Below, piece after piece: positions 28,001 to 39,935 of a stretch of DNA of 64,000 bases. The notes below the pieces were generated by a model, which did no database searches, was not told the DNA's origin, and saw nothing but the letters and a program-made list of their open reading frames with translations. Both the position numbers and the translations under genes were made by a program. Origin of the DNA: Blepharisma stoltei ATCC 30299. Taxonomy: Eukaryota; Protista; Ciliophora. Position 1 is the stretch's first letter. Every line of letters starts with the position of its first letter. The stretch lies in assembly GCA_965603825.1 (NCBI GenBank), contig CBFDEM010000004.1, positions 558,001 through 622,000 of the forward strand, read 5' to 3'.

Positions 28001-29818
28001 TTTTATATTAGACTTATCAGTTTCCTCCTTTATATCAGGTTTATCAGTTTCCTCTTTTATATCAGGTTTATCAGTTACTTGGTCAATTGCAGGGTTAGCA
28101 TCTCTTTTTGCATACTCTATTTGATCTATATCTTTATTTTCTGGGTCTTTTGGGCTATCTGATAAATTGCTTTCAGAATCGCTTTCCTCACGCATTTTCT
28201 GAGCAGCTTTTATACCCTGTTTCGCCCCTTTTTTGGGTTTATTTTCACTCCTGATTTCATTTGACTCTACCTTATCTGAAGAGCTATAAGAATCTGGCTC
28301 TATATCAGATAAATTTTCTTCTATATTAATCTCATCTTCCCCATATCTTTGATTTGTAGGCTGATTTTTATTTTTTGGAAATTTTAATGGGTTTTTAATA
28401 GGCTCGCTAGTTGGGGATCGCAGCTCAGGATTAATATCAGAGCTTTCTTCTGTAAAATTAAAGTCACCTTCTATAGATTGTCTTAAACTATCTATTTGAT
28501 CCAGCTGGTTGATTTTTGATAAAATGCTGTTTTCTGTAGCTCCAATAATATCTTCTGGATTTTTGGGATTTTGGCTTTTAAATTCTTCATTTTTTATATT
28601 AAATCGGGGCGTTGCTTCAACTGATAGCAAATTAGGATTCGAAACTTCTGATTTTGGTAGCTCATGGATTCTTGGCTTATCAGATAGTTGTAGACGCCTC
28701 GGAGAATCTTCAAGATTTTTGGATTCAACAGGCTCGTTTCGCTTTTCTTTTTCAGGGTCATATTCAAATGATACATTAATATTCTGCTTGCTGATATCTT
28801 TGCCAGACAGGCTTTCACTTTCTTCAGGCTTTGATTTACTTGGTTTAGAGGTTTTATATTTTTGGAATGGAATTTTATTCGTTTTAGGACTTTCTTGAAG
28901 TTTTGGAACTTCTTTTTGCTCTTCTTTATTAGGATCTTGTGGATAAATTCAATTTTTAGGCAAACTTTCAAGGGAATATATTGGGCTTATAAGAGGGGAA
29001 GCAAAATTGAAGCTTTCAAACGATCTTTTAGGAGAAAGTTTGTCATTATTTCTTTTTCAGAAATTGAACGGAGACTGGAATTTTCGTTTATTTGCTCGCT
29101 TGACCACCCTTGAAAGTGATGATAAAGATCTCGCTCTTCTAGTTCCTGACTGCAAAAAGTTATTGAAATGTTTTCCCATACATTTTTTAAAAATTTTATT
29201 ACAGTTGTTCAAAGAGGCAAAGTTTTTGAATTTTTTAGCCAACATTTTTTGGTGCCAAAACATCAAAAGTTTACCTTTCGTTGCTTTTTCCTTTTGGATT
29301 CTTCAAGCTTCTCCAATATCTTTATTTCTTTGTTTTAATTTTGGTATATGTATGGCAGACTGGCTTAAATCTTTTAATAAGCATTCCATACTTTTGCCTG
29401 GGTTAGCATCAGAAACATCAACAAATTTTGTTTTATTTTCAGGAGAATTATTGAATAAACTGATTGGCCGACTTATAGACAACGAATTCGCATAAATTGT
29501 GGATTCTCTTTTAAAATCTTTATAAAGGCATCTAATTAAATTGAAAGCGTATTTGACTTTCTTCACTTGGAGTTTCTTACGAATCAGAGTCACTTTTATG
29601 GCCAATACAAGGCACCTAGGCTGAAATCCGGGGTCTTCATTGGATGTTAACGAATTTAAAAGTTCTTTAGTTTGCTCTATTCCAAAAGTTTGGTCTATAA
29701 GTGAATTAAGATTTGCCATGAGTGATTGGATTTTTTGCTGCTCTGTGAATTGCCTCTGGATAGCAGTCGTGAGCTGTACTACAATATTTCGAATAATTGC
29801 TTCGTTGGATTTATCCAT
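19052..29818 (-). CDS. Giant (~3588 aa) K/E/S/P-rich repetitive protein of unknown function
   Basis: ORFs 29303-29818, 29057-29266, 27761-28630 and 19052-27388 share one frame and are separated only by TGA (29303, 29057, ~28949, 27761). The intervening codons are open. Confidence 0.8.
21770..22080 (-). repeat. 147-bp (49-aa) near-perfect tandem duplication within a degenerate ~13-aa repeat array
   Basis: GATCCAATTTCTTTAGCTGG occurs at 21891 and 22038. The unit KDKAKNPAKEIGSNKYSAKPIEE...KPVESNYIPKPIEEIDT is present twice plus a partial copy. Confidence 0.85.
27968..28077 (-). repeat. 27-bp coding minisatellite, 4 copies (TDKPDIKEE)
   Basis: CTCTTTTATATCAGGTTTATCAGTTTC-like unit repeated four times. 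Confidence 0.9.
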
Positions 29819-30137
29819 TTATAATAGAAAACTATTTTATTACTGTCAGTTATTTAAACAAGAAGGAAAAGTATATTATATTTTAGGTTTTAAGCCTAAA
29901 TTAAGGACTATTTTTGGCGAAATAACAAAATGGAAAATATTAGGGGAATTCGGTATCAAATAATAACTAAAAATGAATTTAAGGATAATTGATATTAAAC
30001 ATTTTTTTAATCATTTCTGGAATTTTAGAACCAGTAAGACATTTAAATTAATTTTAATAAAATCCTATATAAAACATGTGCCTTTATGAAATAAAATTAT
30101 TTCAATTTTCCTATTCGAAATTTATTGTAAATCGAAA

Positions 30138-32543
30138 ATGGACTTAAAGCTACACATTCTCAGCGAGTTGAGTGAAAGTCTTTTAGATCACATCCCACAA
30201 AGTATTTTTAAAGTTAATCGCCGTCTTCCTCACATCCATGCCCTCCTTAACAAATACATGAAACAAAAATCTCATTTATTGCCCCAATCCGAGCAAAAAA
30301 CCAAAGAATTCCTAGCGGGAACCAGCTATAACCCCAGCAATATTGACATTCTGTTGAATAAGCTAGCTGTAGAAGCTCAGCATTATGAAATGTACAAAGA
30401 GGAAGAGCCCACAACACAGAATCCTGAAGAGCTCGTGGAAAAATACAAAAAATTGATCGTTCAGAGTGTTGTAGATAGACTTAACCACGATCCTCTCCTT
30501 GACTTCAAAAATAGAGAAACTGACCAAAAGCTAACGGATTGAAACAAAATTAAGGAAAGAATTGTGGAAGCACGAGGAAAGGATTATTTTACTATCCCAT
30601 CTCCTAAGAAGAAAAAGCAGACTTTGTATACAGGAGACAAGACTCCACAAATTGTGGCAGCTTATAATGCAATTATTTCTAAAATTTTTCATGCAAAATT
30701 GACTAATACGAGATACCAGCCACTTCAAGATTTAATTTTGATGGAACAAAAGCGAGGAGATATCGATCGAGAAAGCTTCGAAACAATCTGAAGATTAATT
30801 TCTGCACAGCTAAAAGACATAAGCTCAGGCGATCCTTTTGAGCTCGCAATCAGTATAATGTCCAACACAACTGAGTTTTTTGAACAAATGTTCGCTGAGC
30901 AAGTCTTAGAAGCCACCCACAACATTTCAGACCCCTCAATGCTAGCCAAAATTACTGCATATTCCCAAGCCATCCTCGAGTCATTACCTGCAGGCACAAA
31001 TATATTCCTTGATAATAAGAATGAGCCAGCCTGGATGATTCTTTATTTCTTGCTGAGATCTGGACTAAAAGAAGAAGCCATAAAATATTGTGAAAACCAT
31101 CATGATATCAATTGGCTGGCTCAGCATTTAACAGATTATTTCAGGCTAAGGGAAATTTTGGATTCGAGGTCTATATCAGAGCTGGTGAATTCTATGAGAG
31201 ATCCTTCAACATTGGATGTATACCAGCGTGCTGTGCTGATTTTATTAGCAAAAATGAACACTGATGTTGATGAATTACAGCAGAATACACTTGAGGATTA
31301 TTTATGGTTTAAATTAAAAATAGCGCAACCAATAGAAGAAGCGCAAGCGCAAAATTTGGAGTATGAGTGTGAAAATTATAATGTGCTAGTTTTATCGGAA
31401 CTTCAAAGATATCTTATTGAATGCGGCCCTCAGCAATTTGAAAACCAAACTATTGTTTATACAATAGCGTTAATATCGACAATGTGTTATGGTGAAGCAA
31501 TTCAATACTTGTACTCCATTGATGACTATAACACAGAAGCAATCCATTTAGCCGTAATTCTAAATGAAAACAGCATGCTACCTATTTTTTCCAGCTTAGA
31601 TAATGCTTTTGAAGTCTATGAAAATGTCATCCATGTAAATTTGAATAAAATCATATCAGACTATATCAAAATTTTTGAGTCAGTTTTGCCAAACGAAGCC
31701 TTAATGTACATTTCATTAATGACAAGCACACAAGGAATTGTCTCTGAAGCTAGTAACTTGGTGATTTCTTTCGAAAACTACCAAATTGTCCTTAATGATG
31801 AAATGTACATTTTTTCTAATAAATTCAAAGATGTTATTTCTGAACAAAATTATAGGCTTTGTGTGGAGGCAATTGCTGATTATGCAGCAAGACAAAAAGC
31901 ACCAGAAGCTGTAGTTTTGTATGATTTGGTGGAAAACTATGAAAAGGTACTAGAGACATGGATTTTTGAAATAAAAAATGAAATGAAAAAACTAAGCGAA
32001 AACTGGAAAGAAGACTTTGAAAGAGGCTGGCAGCTGAAAGAAGAAAAAGGACAATGTGAAATGGAAAATTATGTTTTAAAGAACTATCAAGATTTGTATG
32101 AAAAATATCGCCAAGAAAGGATCTTTGAAAACTTCGTAGATCATGATAGAGCAATTCAAATTTTAGAGCAGTTTTTGACCTTCTATAATGCTGTCATCAA
32201 CAGACAGTTCCACCATGCCCTTGCAATATTGTCATCAACTTCTTTATTCCCAATCCGTCCCACCTCCCGACAAAGTGAAATCCAAGGTAGATTCAAAAGA
32301 CTCCATTTCTCAATCAAAGAAGAAATCCCTAACCTTATAGTAACTGCTTTACAAGTTCACCAAATCCTTTTAAATTTCGCTCAATCATATGAGTCAAATG
32401 AGCTGAAAAACGATATGAAAGAACTTGCTATGTATTATGGAGAAGCCAACGATTTAGTAAGAGGAATCCCCAGTGCTGAACAAAAATTCAAAGAACTAGG
32501 CAGCTACATAAGAGAAGTCAAAAGAAAGCTTGCATTGATTTAG
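30138..32543 (+). CDS. NUP93: Nucleoporin Nup93/Nic96 family
   Basis: Three in-frame ORFs joined by TGA at 30540 and 30789. Motifs WMILYFLLRSG, DVYQRAVL, TLEDYLWFKL and EAIHLAVIL. Confidence 0.8.
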
Positions 32544-32615
32544 GTTTTAAAGGTAAAATTTAATAAGAATTTCTTAGTAGAGATAAATATTTCATATAAA
32601 AGCAGTTTTCCATAA

Positions 32616-33290
32616 ATGTCAAAGGTTTCTTATCTTGTTTTAGTCCGCTCTGGGAATACCGTTTACTATGAAGAACAAAAATACGCAGGCTGGGCTGACG
32701 TCGCCTTGTCAGAAAACGGAGTAAACGCTGCTCGAGAAGCTGCTAATTTAATACGTGCAAGTGGGATAAGACTCGATACAGGCTTTACCTCGATGCTTAA
32801 GCGAGGAGTTCACACGATGAATATTATTATTGACGAGCTTGATATAAATAGTTTAAAAGTCCATAAACACTGGCGCTTGAATACTCGTCATTATGGAAAA
32901 CTGGAAGGACTTAATAAAGAATCAGGCAGCGAAATCGCGTTAAACGATGATGTAAGACCTCCTCTATTGGACTTAATGGACGACAAGCATCCTTCTCATG
33001 AGACAAAGTATCAGTTTGTCCCGTTAGAAGCCTTGCCTGGTGGGGAGAGCATGAATGACTGCAAAGCCAGGATTATTCCTTATTGGCAGGATAAGATTGC
33101 TCCAGCTTTACTGAAAGGAAAAAATGTCCTTGTGGTTAGCCACGGTCATTCAATCAAAGCATTGAGAAATCATTTAGGGGATGTTGAAGGAATTGAGGCT
33201 TTAGAAAGCACGATTTCTGCAGGGATCCCAAGAGTTCTGGAGTTTAATCAACGATTAGAAATAACTGCGCAGTATAACTTATCAAATTAA
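32616..33290 (+). CDS. Cofactor-dependent phosphoglycerate mutase-like protein with degenerate active site
   Basis: LVLVRSG (canonical RHG), GWADVALS, FTSMLKR, WRLNTRHYGKLEGLNK, PGGES and VLVVSHG. Confidence 0.85.
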   Translation: MSKVSYLVLVRSGNTVYYEEQKYAGWADVALSENGVNAAREAANLIRASGIRLDTGFTSMLKRGVHTMNIIIDELDINSLKVHKHWRLNTRHYGKLEGLNKESGSEIALNDDVRPPLLDLMDDKHPSHETKYQFVPLEALPGGESMNDCKARIIPYWQDKIAPALLKGKNVLVVSHGHSIKALRNHLGDVEGIEALESTISAGIPRVLEFNQRLEITAQYNLSN

Positions 33291-33319
33291 GCGCTATTAG
33301 GATTTTATTTATATTTTTT

Positions 33320-34552
33320 ATGCTCCATAAGCTTGCTAAAAGATTTTTTGCGTATTCTGGGAAGCTTTATACCTGGGGATCAGATCCGCATTATTCGAGA
33401 AGCACAAACTTACCTAAGACCTCTAAAGATATCCCAAGCGAATTTCAAGGTTTTTCAGCTGGCGAAATCTCAAAAGTCGCATTCGGAATCAATCATGGAG
33501 CCATCATCACTAACGATGGGCTGGTTTACACCTTTGGAAAAGGAAACTATGGAGCCTTAGGTCATGACTCTGAAGATGCACAAGACAAGCCTACATTAAT
33601 AGAATCCCTAAAAAACATTGAAATCAAAGTCAAAGATGTCGCAGTAGGGCAGCATCATACAGTTCTATTAACTACAGAAGGAGATATATGGACAATGGGC
33701 TATGGTGGACAACTAGCAGGCGGTATATGGCGAAAAATGTTTTCACAAGGTGGAGGCGCTTTGGGTCATGGGGATCTTAATGATAAATTTGTCCCTACTC
33801 CTATAGAAGCTTTAAAAGAACATGATGACATTACACAAATTGCTGCAGGCTCATATCATAGCTTAGCACTAGGAAGCAATGGAATTTTGACTATATGGGG
33901 TAAAGGAGAGCATGGTGTTCTAGGCTTAGGAACTAACAGGAACCATTTAAGTCCAGTTATCAACCGATTTTTCGACGAAATTAAGAATGAAGAAAAAGTA
34001 AAAATTAAGAAAATTGCAGCATGCCATTATTATACAGCTGTATTACTAGATGATGGAAGAGTTTTTACTTGGGGCAGGAATGATGAAGGGCAATTAGCTA
34101 TTGGTTCAAGCCTTGGACTTGACATGTACGAGTGCCAGAGGCATCCTACAGAGGTTGAGTCGACTTTAGAAGGGAAAAAAGTTATTGATGTAGAAACTGG
34201 GGAAAACATTATTGTGTTTAAGACAGAAGATCAAGAAGTCTACGTTGCTGGGAGAAAATTGTGGTGGGAGCCTATGAAGCTAAATACACCTCCAGATGCA
34301 AAAATCACTAGTATTTTTGCTGGGGACAATTTTGCTGGATACATCAATGATGAAAGAGATGTTTATTTTGTTGGAAAAATATTTTCAAGCAAGTATGTAG
34401 AAGAAATAAAAGATTTAAGGATCTGGAAAGTGAAAAATGAAGTATTTAAAGGAAAACTGATCGAAAAAATAGGAGGAAGCTACCAAACTGCACATTACTG
34501 CTTCTTAAAAGACGAAGACACTAAACCAAATGATAAGCCAGCTCAGCAATAA
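33320..34552 (+). CDS. RCC1-repeat beta-propeller protein, probably mitochondrial
   Basis: Repeats VYTFGKGNYGALG, IAAGSYHSLAL and VFTWGRNDEGQL. N-terminus MLHKLAKRFF resembles a presequence. Confidence 0.85.
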   Translation: MLHKLAKRFFAYSGKLYTWGSDPHYSRSTNLPKTSKDIPSEFQGFSAGEISKVAFGINHGAIITNDGLVYTFGKGNYGALGHDSEDAQDKPTLIESLKNIEIKVKDVAVGQHHTVLLTTEGDIWTMGYGGQLAGGIWRKMFSQGGGALGHGDLNDKFVPTPIEALKEHDDITQIAAGSYHSLALGSNGILTIWGKGEHGVLGLGTNRNHLSPVINRFFDEIKNEEKVKIKKIAACHYYTAVLLDDGRVFTWGRNDEGQLAIGSSLGLDMYECQRHPTEVESTLEGKKVIDVETGENIIVFKTEDQEVYVAGRKLWWEPMKLNTPPDAKITSIFAGDNFAGYINDERDVYFVGKIFSSKYVEEIKDLRIWKVKNEVFKGKLIEKIGGSYQTAHYCFLKDEDTKPNDKPAQQ

Positions 34553-34602
34553 AGGAAATTTACATAAGATTACTAGTTATTTTAAGTTTTCTATTAAATT
34601 TG

Positions 34603-35250
34603 TTATAGCGGCAATAATGAATCTCCAGAAAAGCAAGGACAAAGTTTGCATCCATATTTCAAAAGATTCAAAAATCCAGAATAACCCCCAGGAAACATAC
34701 TAAAAATGTACCAGCCAATTGCAAACATTTGTATAATCGCTGAAATACACACCATTATATAGCTTCCAAGTATTGCAGCAGCATAAATCGTCCAAAAAAT
34801 AGAAAAGAAATAGACAAATGACACTACGAGGTTTTCCTTGCTTGAGAATAAAGCTTTAATGTAATCCCACACTGTAGGCTTTAAATAGCTCAAAGCGATC
34901 TGCATAGTCAGAGAAGCCAAGCTAAAAAGCAATGCAAATTTCTGAGGGAAAAGTAAAACCATTGGAAGAAATGTAAAAGATCCAACGAAAAGTCCAATGG
35001 AAAGGGCGATAAAAATAAAAAAATATTTTAATCGAGCAGTTCTTTGTGTGGCGTTGTTGATAATACTCATGCTGTCTGTTCCCTTTTTCTTAATGCTGCT
35101 TGCAATGCTTCCTAAAAAACTCTTCTCTTCTTTGCTTGGCTGAGTTTCAGGCTTTCAGTATTCTTTTATCTTGCCAAGCCAAGATTTTTGCTCTTTGTTT
35201 TGATAAAAACTGAGATTTTCTAATACTTGGCCAAAGTTGCGAGCTGCCAT
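34603..35250 (-). CDS. SFT2: Got1/Sft2-family vesicle transport protein
   Basis: ATG at 35250 is in frame through one TGA. Four TM segments, PQKFALLFSLAS and WYIFSMFPGG. Confidence 0.8.
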
Positions 35251-35368
35251 ATTAATATCAGATACCTACTAACTGAATCTTATACAAAAAATTATCTAAA
35301 TATTCTATTTTCGTATCATTGCTAAATATTTAACATAAAAATAGCTTTGAAGATATAAATAAAATTGA

Positions 35369-36199
35369 TTATCTTTTATTCCTTATTTTTTCATATTTTT
35401 CAAATAATTTAGTAGCAACTGCAATTTTCAGTCTCAGCACTTCATAATCATGTGGAGTTGTTTCGTCTTTCAATTTCATTGTAGTTGCTATTATTTCTTT
35501 AACTCTATGATCTGATAAAGGATGTGTTGATAGGAGTTCTGTTCTTAATTCATATTTTTTCAGCTTCGACATCATAGAAGAAGCTCCTTCTAGTCGTAGT
35601 CCTAGCTTTGATTCCAAAATAAGCGCATATTTATCAGCTTCAAGCTCACATTTCCTGCTCATAGGTAAAATTATAAGTAAATTTTCTGCCATTGAGGTAT
35701 TGTAGATATCGCCAAAAAGTCAAAGTTGGAAAAGCATTACAATTACTGATAAAATTCCTCGGGTTGATAGCTGATTTGCCGAGTGTCTTAGATAAACATG
35801 AGAACACTCATGAGCTAAAATAAAGCCTAATTCGTCTATGGAATCGACTATATCTAGTAAACCTTTAAATACAAAAATTGAGCCATCGGGCGTGACAAAT
35901 GCGTTTACAGATGGATCGTCTATAACCGTTACATTTCAGTCGCGCTTTATTGGGATTTCTTGCACAATAGAGTGAGATAAGTATTTAACTAATTGATGCT
36001 CTATTGAGCTTTCATATAAAATTCGCTCCTTATATTGAGTATGAAGGTTTTCGCTTGTGATTTGTCCAATATAAATATCAACATTTTCTCCCCACAAAAT
36101 TAAGCGTCGCTTTCCTGTCAATGGGCTTTTATCTAAAAAATAGGAAGTAGTTCCTACGCCTGCTGCTCCTAGTCCTAAAAGTACTCTCCTGTATAGCAT
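35369..36199 (-). CDS. OMA1: M48 metalloprotease, OMA1-like
   Basis: Joined through two TGA=Trp codons. VNAFVTPDGSIFVF, ILAHECSH (HExxH), SRKCELEAD and LLSTHP. Confidence 0.85.
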
Positions 36200-36376
36200 T
36201 TCAGTAAATTATTTCATGAAATGCCGAGATTTTTATTCGAAGCATAAATGATTTAATCTAATATAATAGAAAAATTATAATATAAATAAATTATTCTGTC
36301 TTAAAGCAAAATTCTGCAAACTTCTGCATATTATTTAATCTGGGTAAATTTGAGCAATAGAGTCTAACTTCATTAT

Positions 36377-37061
36377 ATGGGCAGTAAAATAATTGAAATG
36401 TGGAATAATTTAGGCAAATTCTTGGAGAATGCCATACAAGAAGGAAAAGAAGCAGCTAATCAACTCAATAATATAGTGATAAAGGAGTGAAATCAATCTT
36501 TAATAGCTGGGCAAAATATGATACAAGAAGGAAAAGATGCGATTGAGAAAAACACTCAAATGCTTCAAAAAGCAGTTGAAAATGAATGAATGAAATCAGT
36601 CTGTTAAAGTCGGACAGCAAATTTTGGATAGCTTGTGCATTGAAGCAAAAAGGACTCTACAAAATAAATCTTCTGAAGAGGATGAAAAAGACACTGAAAA
36701 TGTTCCCAAAGAAGATCCTGCACAGAGCAACATTGATTTTGCTGCACCAATAAGGGCTGCAAATAATAACGAAGCTCTAATAAAAGAATTTGAAAATATC
36801 GAGTATGAAGAAGGGATGGAAGCTTTATTGTGCCCGATTTCAAATGAATTAATGACTGATCCAGCTATGACTCCATACGGGCATTGCTATCAAAGACAGC
36901 ATATAGAAATGTGGCTTGATAATCATAACACTTGCCCGTTGACAGGTCAAATTTTGCGAAAAGATCAGTTGATTCCTTGTTTTACTGTAAAAGCAGCTGT
37001 CGAGCAATACTTGAAAATGCAGGAAAATAAGAGAAAAAAGGAATCCAAGGCAAACGAATAA
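36377..37061 (+). CDS. U-box domain protein, 5' part apparently frameshifted at ~36590
   Basis: U-box LCPISNELMTDPAMTPYGHCYQRQHIEMWL...CPLTG. The upstream frame from ATG 36377 is offset by 1 at a (TGAA)3 run. Confidence 0.7.
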
Positions 37062-37099
37062 GATTATCTAATAGGGATAGTTTATGATGATAAATATGA

Positions 37100-37876
37100 A
37101 TGCAAATTAATGCTAATAATACTAAACTGGATAACTGCTATTTAAACAATTTAGCCTTAGATTTGATAACAGAGAATGATCATGAGGCTGGCTACTGCTT
37201 ATGCAGTAAATGTACATGTGGACAGCATATTTGTCCAAGAGTTATCAAAACAAAAGCATACCCGAAGTCATCATTAAGGTCATATTATCGGCAAGAATAT
37301 AGGAAGCACCCAATAGCAGCAAGGCCAACACATTCAGCTTCGCCTATAAAGCCAAGCCTTTTCAAGCTTGAATCAGAAACAACGGCAAGAAGAGAATTTA
37401 CCCCTTACAAAATTGACTACAAGCCGCATCAAAAGATAACGCCAGAAGTCCCTAAGTTAAAATTTTTAAGCAGGTCTCAATATAGCCAAGATTTTTTTGA
37501 TCCTGGACAGGTTCCTGTCGAAAAAACGAGAGGTGCCCAAGCAAGACTGCATACAGGATATCATAAGTTTAATGCAGCTAGCACCTATTCAGAAAATTTC
37601 TTGAGATATGAATTAAGTCCAGCAAAATCTTATAAGCCAAGTGAAACAAAAAATATTTTATTATCAGCTTCAGCTGATGAAAAAGTTATAACGACAAGCA
37701 GACTTAATTATATTAGACATACTTATATTCCGACTGGAGAATTTAAGCCTAAAGATAATACAGTGACCTTACTGCCATTTCCTACTCAATACAAAACCAC
37801 TAGCTCTTTGGCATTTACTGAGACTAATGATATACCTCGAATAATTCGTAGAGCTAGAAAAGCAGGTGATCTATAA
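37100..37876 (+). CDS. SAXO/FAM154-like (STOP-domain) ciliary microtubule-stabilising protein
   Basis: CLCSKCTCGQHICP N-terminal motif plus periodic S/T-x-Y-xx-E/D-F/Y repeats (SYYRQEY, TTARREF, SQYSQDF, STYSENF). Confidence 0.65.
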   Translation: MQINANNTKLDNCYLNNLALDLITENDHEAGYCLCSKCTCGQHICPRVIKTKAYPKSSLRSYYRQEYRKHPIAARPTHSASPIKPSLFKLESETTARREFTPYKIDYKPHQKITPEVPKLKFLSRSQYSQDFFDPGQVPVEKTRGAQARLHTGYHKFNAASTYSENFLRYELSPAKSYKPSETKNILLSASADEKVITTSRLNYIRHTYIPTGEFKPKDNTVTLLPFPTQYKTTSSLAFTETNDIPRIIRRARKAGDL

Positions 37877-37889
37877 TTAATTTTTAACT

Positions 37890-38537
37890 TTATTTACGAT
37901 GAAATTTTTCTAGTCCCAAAACCTTCAATTGGTTCTTATAAACGTTTTCGACTTGAACACACATAAGATAAGCATCTGAATCGGGCTGGTTATAAGTGCG
38001 GCAGTTCTCAAAAACCAGGTCAAAATCAGCTATTAAGTCTTCTCCGGATTCATATACATTGTTATTTAGTTTTTTCTTGATAGTCCCGAAATCCATAGGA
38101 TGCTCAATCACATCATAATAATCAGGAATTTTCAACTTCACACAATCAACTGGCTCATAAAATATCCATGCATGTTTATGCCTCCAAAGAGCATTTAAAA
38201 GCCTTTTTCCTGGTTTTTCCCAGGGTTTAAGGCCATCCAGCGCGCTTTGGTCATAAGTGTCTAATTCTGATGAGGCTTCCGGATCTCTTCAATATCTAGA
38301 TATATCAGGATATTCTTCCTCAAATGACTCCAACTCAGACACAGTTGCTGGCCTCTTATCTCCATTTTCGTCAACGATCATGAGCTGGCATTTCACTTTC
38401 TTTTCAGATTTTCTTTTCTTTTCTCTGTGCTTTATTTCTAATTCTTGCAGAGAGGTGGCATATGACTTATAGCTCTTAAAAGAGTTTGCGGGCTCTTTTT
38501 TGTGTGATTTTCTGGCTGGCTTAGGAAACGAGCTCAT
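37890..38537 (-). CDS. Bromodomain protein
   Basis: Joined through TGA at 38289. AWIFYEPVD, IPDYYDVIEHPMDFGTIKKKL and FENCRTYN. Confidence 0.9.
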
Positions 38538-38716
38538 AATTTAGGAGAAAGTTATAAAGAATGTGAAAAGTAACAATTTGAAAGATTTAATAAGAGATTT
38601 AAATAATTTTTTAATTGTATTTATTTATATATTAATTCATGTATAAAATTGCCTGATAAATTTATGTTAAATTTTTATTTTCAAAGCAAAGATAGTTTAA
38701 ATTGGCATTATTTTCA

Positions 38717-39787
38717 ATGAAAGGAAAGAAAAATGTCACCGAGAAAATTCTTGAAGAAGCCAAGCAAAGAGAGCAGAGATGAAACGAACTAAAATCTCTA
38801 ATGGAAAAATACGAAAAGCCAAAATATAAAGAATCCGATTTTAAATCAAAGCCATTTAATACCCAATTGATTGAAAAAACAAAGCCAATAGAAGAAGAAA
38901 AATCGGTTAAAAACACCAATAAAGCTTTGAAAATCACAAAGTCAGCTGCAGAGGAAAATAAAAAAATCAAAAATGATGTAAAAAGTCAAAATATTGTGGA
39001 AAATTCCAAAGTGAATGAGGTTGAACAATTTTTGGCATCTATAGGAATGGAAAAATATGCTAGTGCTTTTCAAGACAATGGAATTGATGACCTTGAGATC
39101 CTATGCGAGCTCAATGAAGCTCATTTAGAGCAATTAGGAGTTCCTCTTGGGCACCGTATAAAAATTTTAAAAAAAATAAGAGAAAATCTTCTTTCCAAAA
39201 GTTCTGTAAAACAGCCCCAAGCCAAGCTGGAAATCAGGCAGGAGCCACAAATACAAGCCTCAAAAATAATGGTCCAGGAAATTAAGCCAAAATCCATTGT
39301 AAAAAATTCTGATCAAAAATCCAGCCCACCGAAAAATATACAAGAAAGGTCAGGAAAATCCGATTTTTCAGCACAAAATGAAGCAATAGATGTCCAAACT
39401 GATTCTTATATCCCTCAAAGCCTCCATGTTATGCATCCACGAATGACTAAAGTGCCAATAATAAATCCTCCTTCTGGACAAAAAGCAACTGTGGGAAGAG
39501 CAATTTCTTTATATCAGCCTGAGATAGCTTCCCAAGAAGCCATCGAAGAAGAAAAATATGTGAAACTTTCAGAGTTAATGCAAAAACCTCCGGAAAATAA
39601 CGAAAAAAGTGAAATAAAGTGGGATGGGTTTCAAGCATATGTGCCTTATCAGCCATCTCAAGAGATCCAAGCTTTGCAGAACTCCTCGAATAACCAAAAA
39701 CAAAGGCCAGATTCAGCCAAAAAACGTAAATCAAACTCAGAAGTTGAGGTTGCTAAGCCAGATCAAGATATCCATGGATGGGATTAA
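38717..39787 (+). CDS. SAM-domain protein
   Basis: ATG at 38717 is in frame through one TGA. SAM domain VEQFLASIGMEKYASAFQDNGID...LGVPLGHRIKILK. Confidence 0.8.
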
Positions 39788-39935
39788 TTATTTAAATACG
39801 CATTCTATTACTTCTCATGATTTATAAATGAATCATGCAAATAAATAGCTTTTCAAAATATGGGCGAATTATTAAAAATTTAATCTCTATTGCTTTTCTT
39901 GAATTATTAAACTAACTTTTCTTTACATTCTATAT

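Noticed and set aside
27968-28077. CRISPR-like array
   Set aside because: Contiguous in-frame coding repeats without spacers, in a eukaryotic gene.
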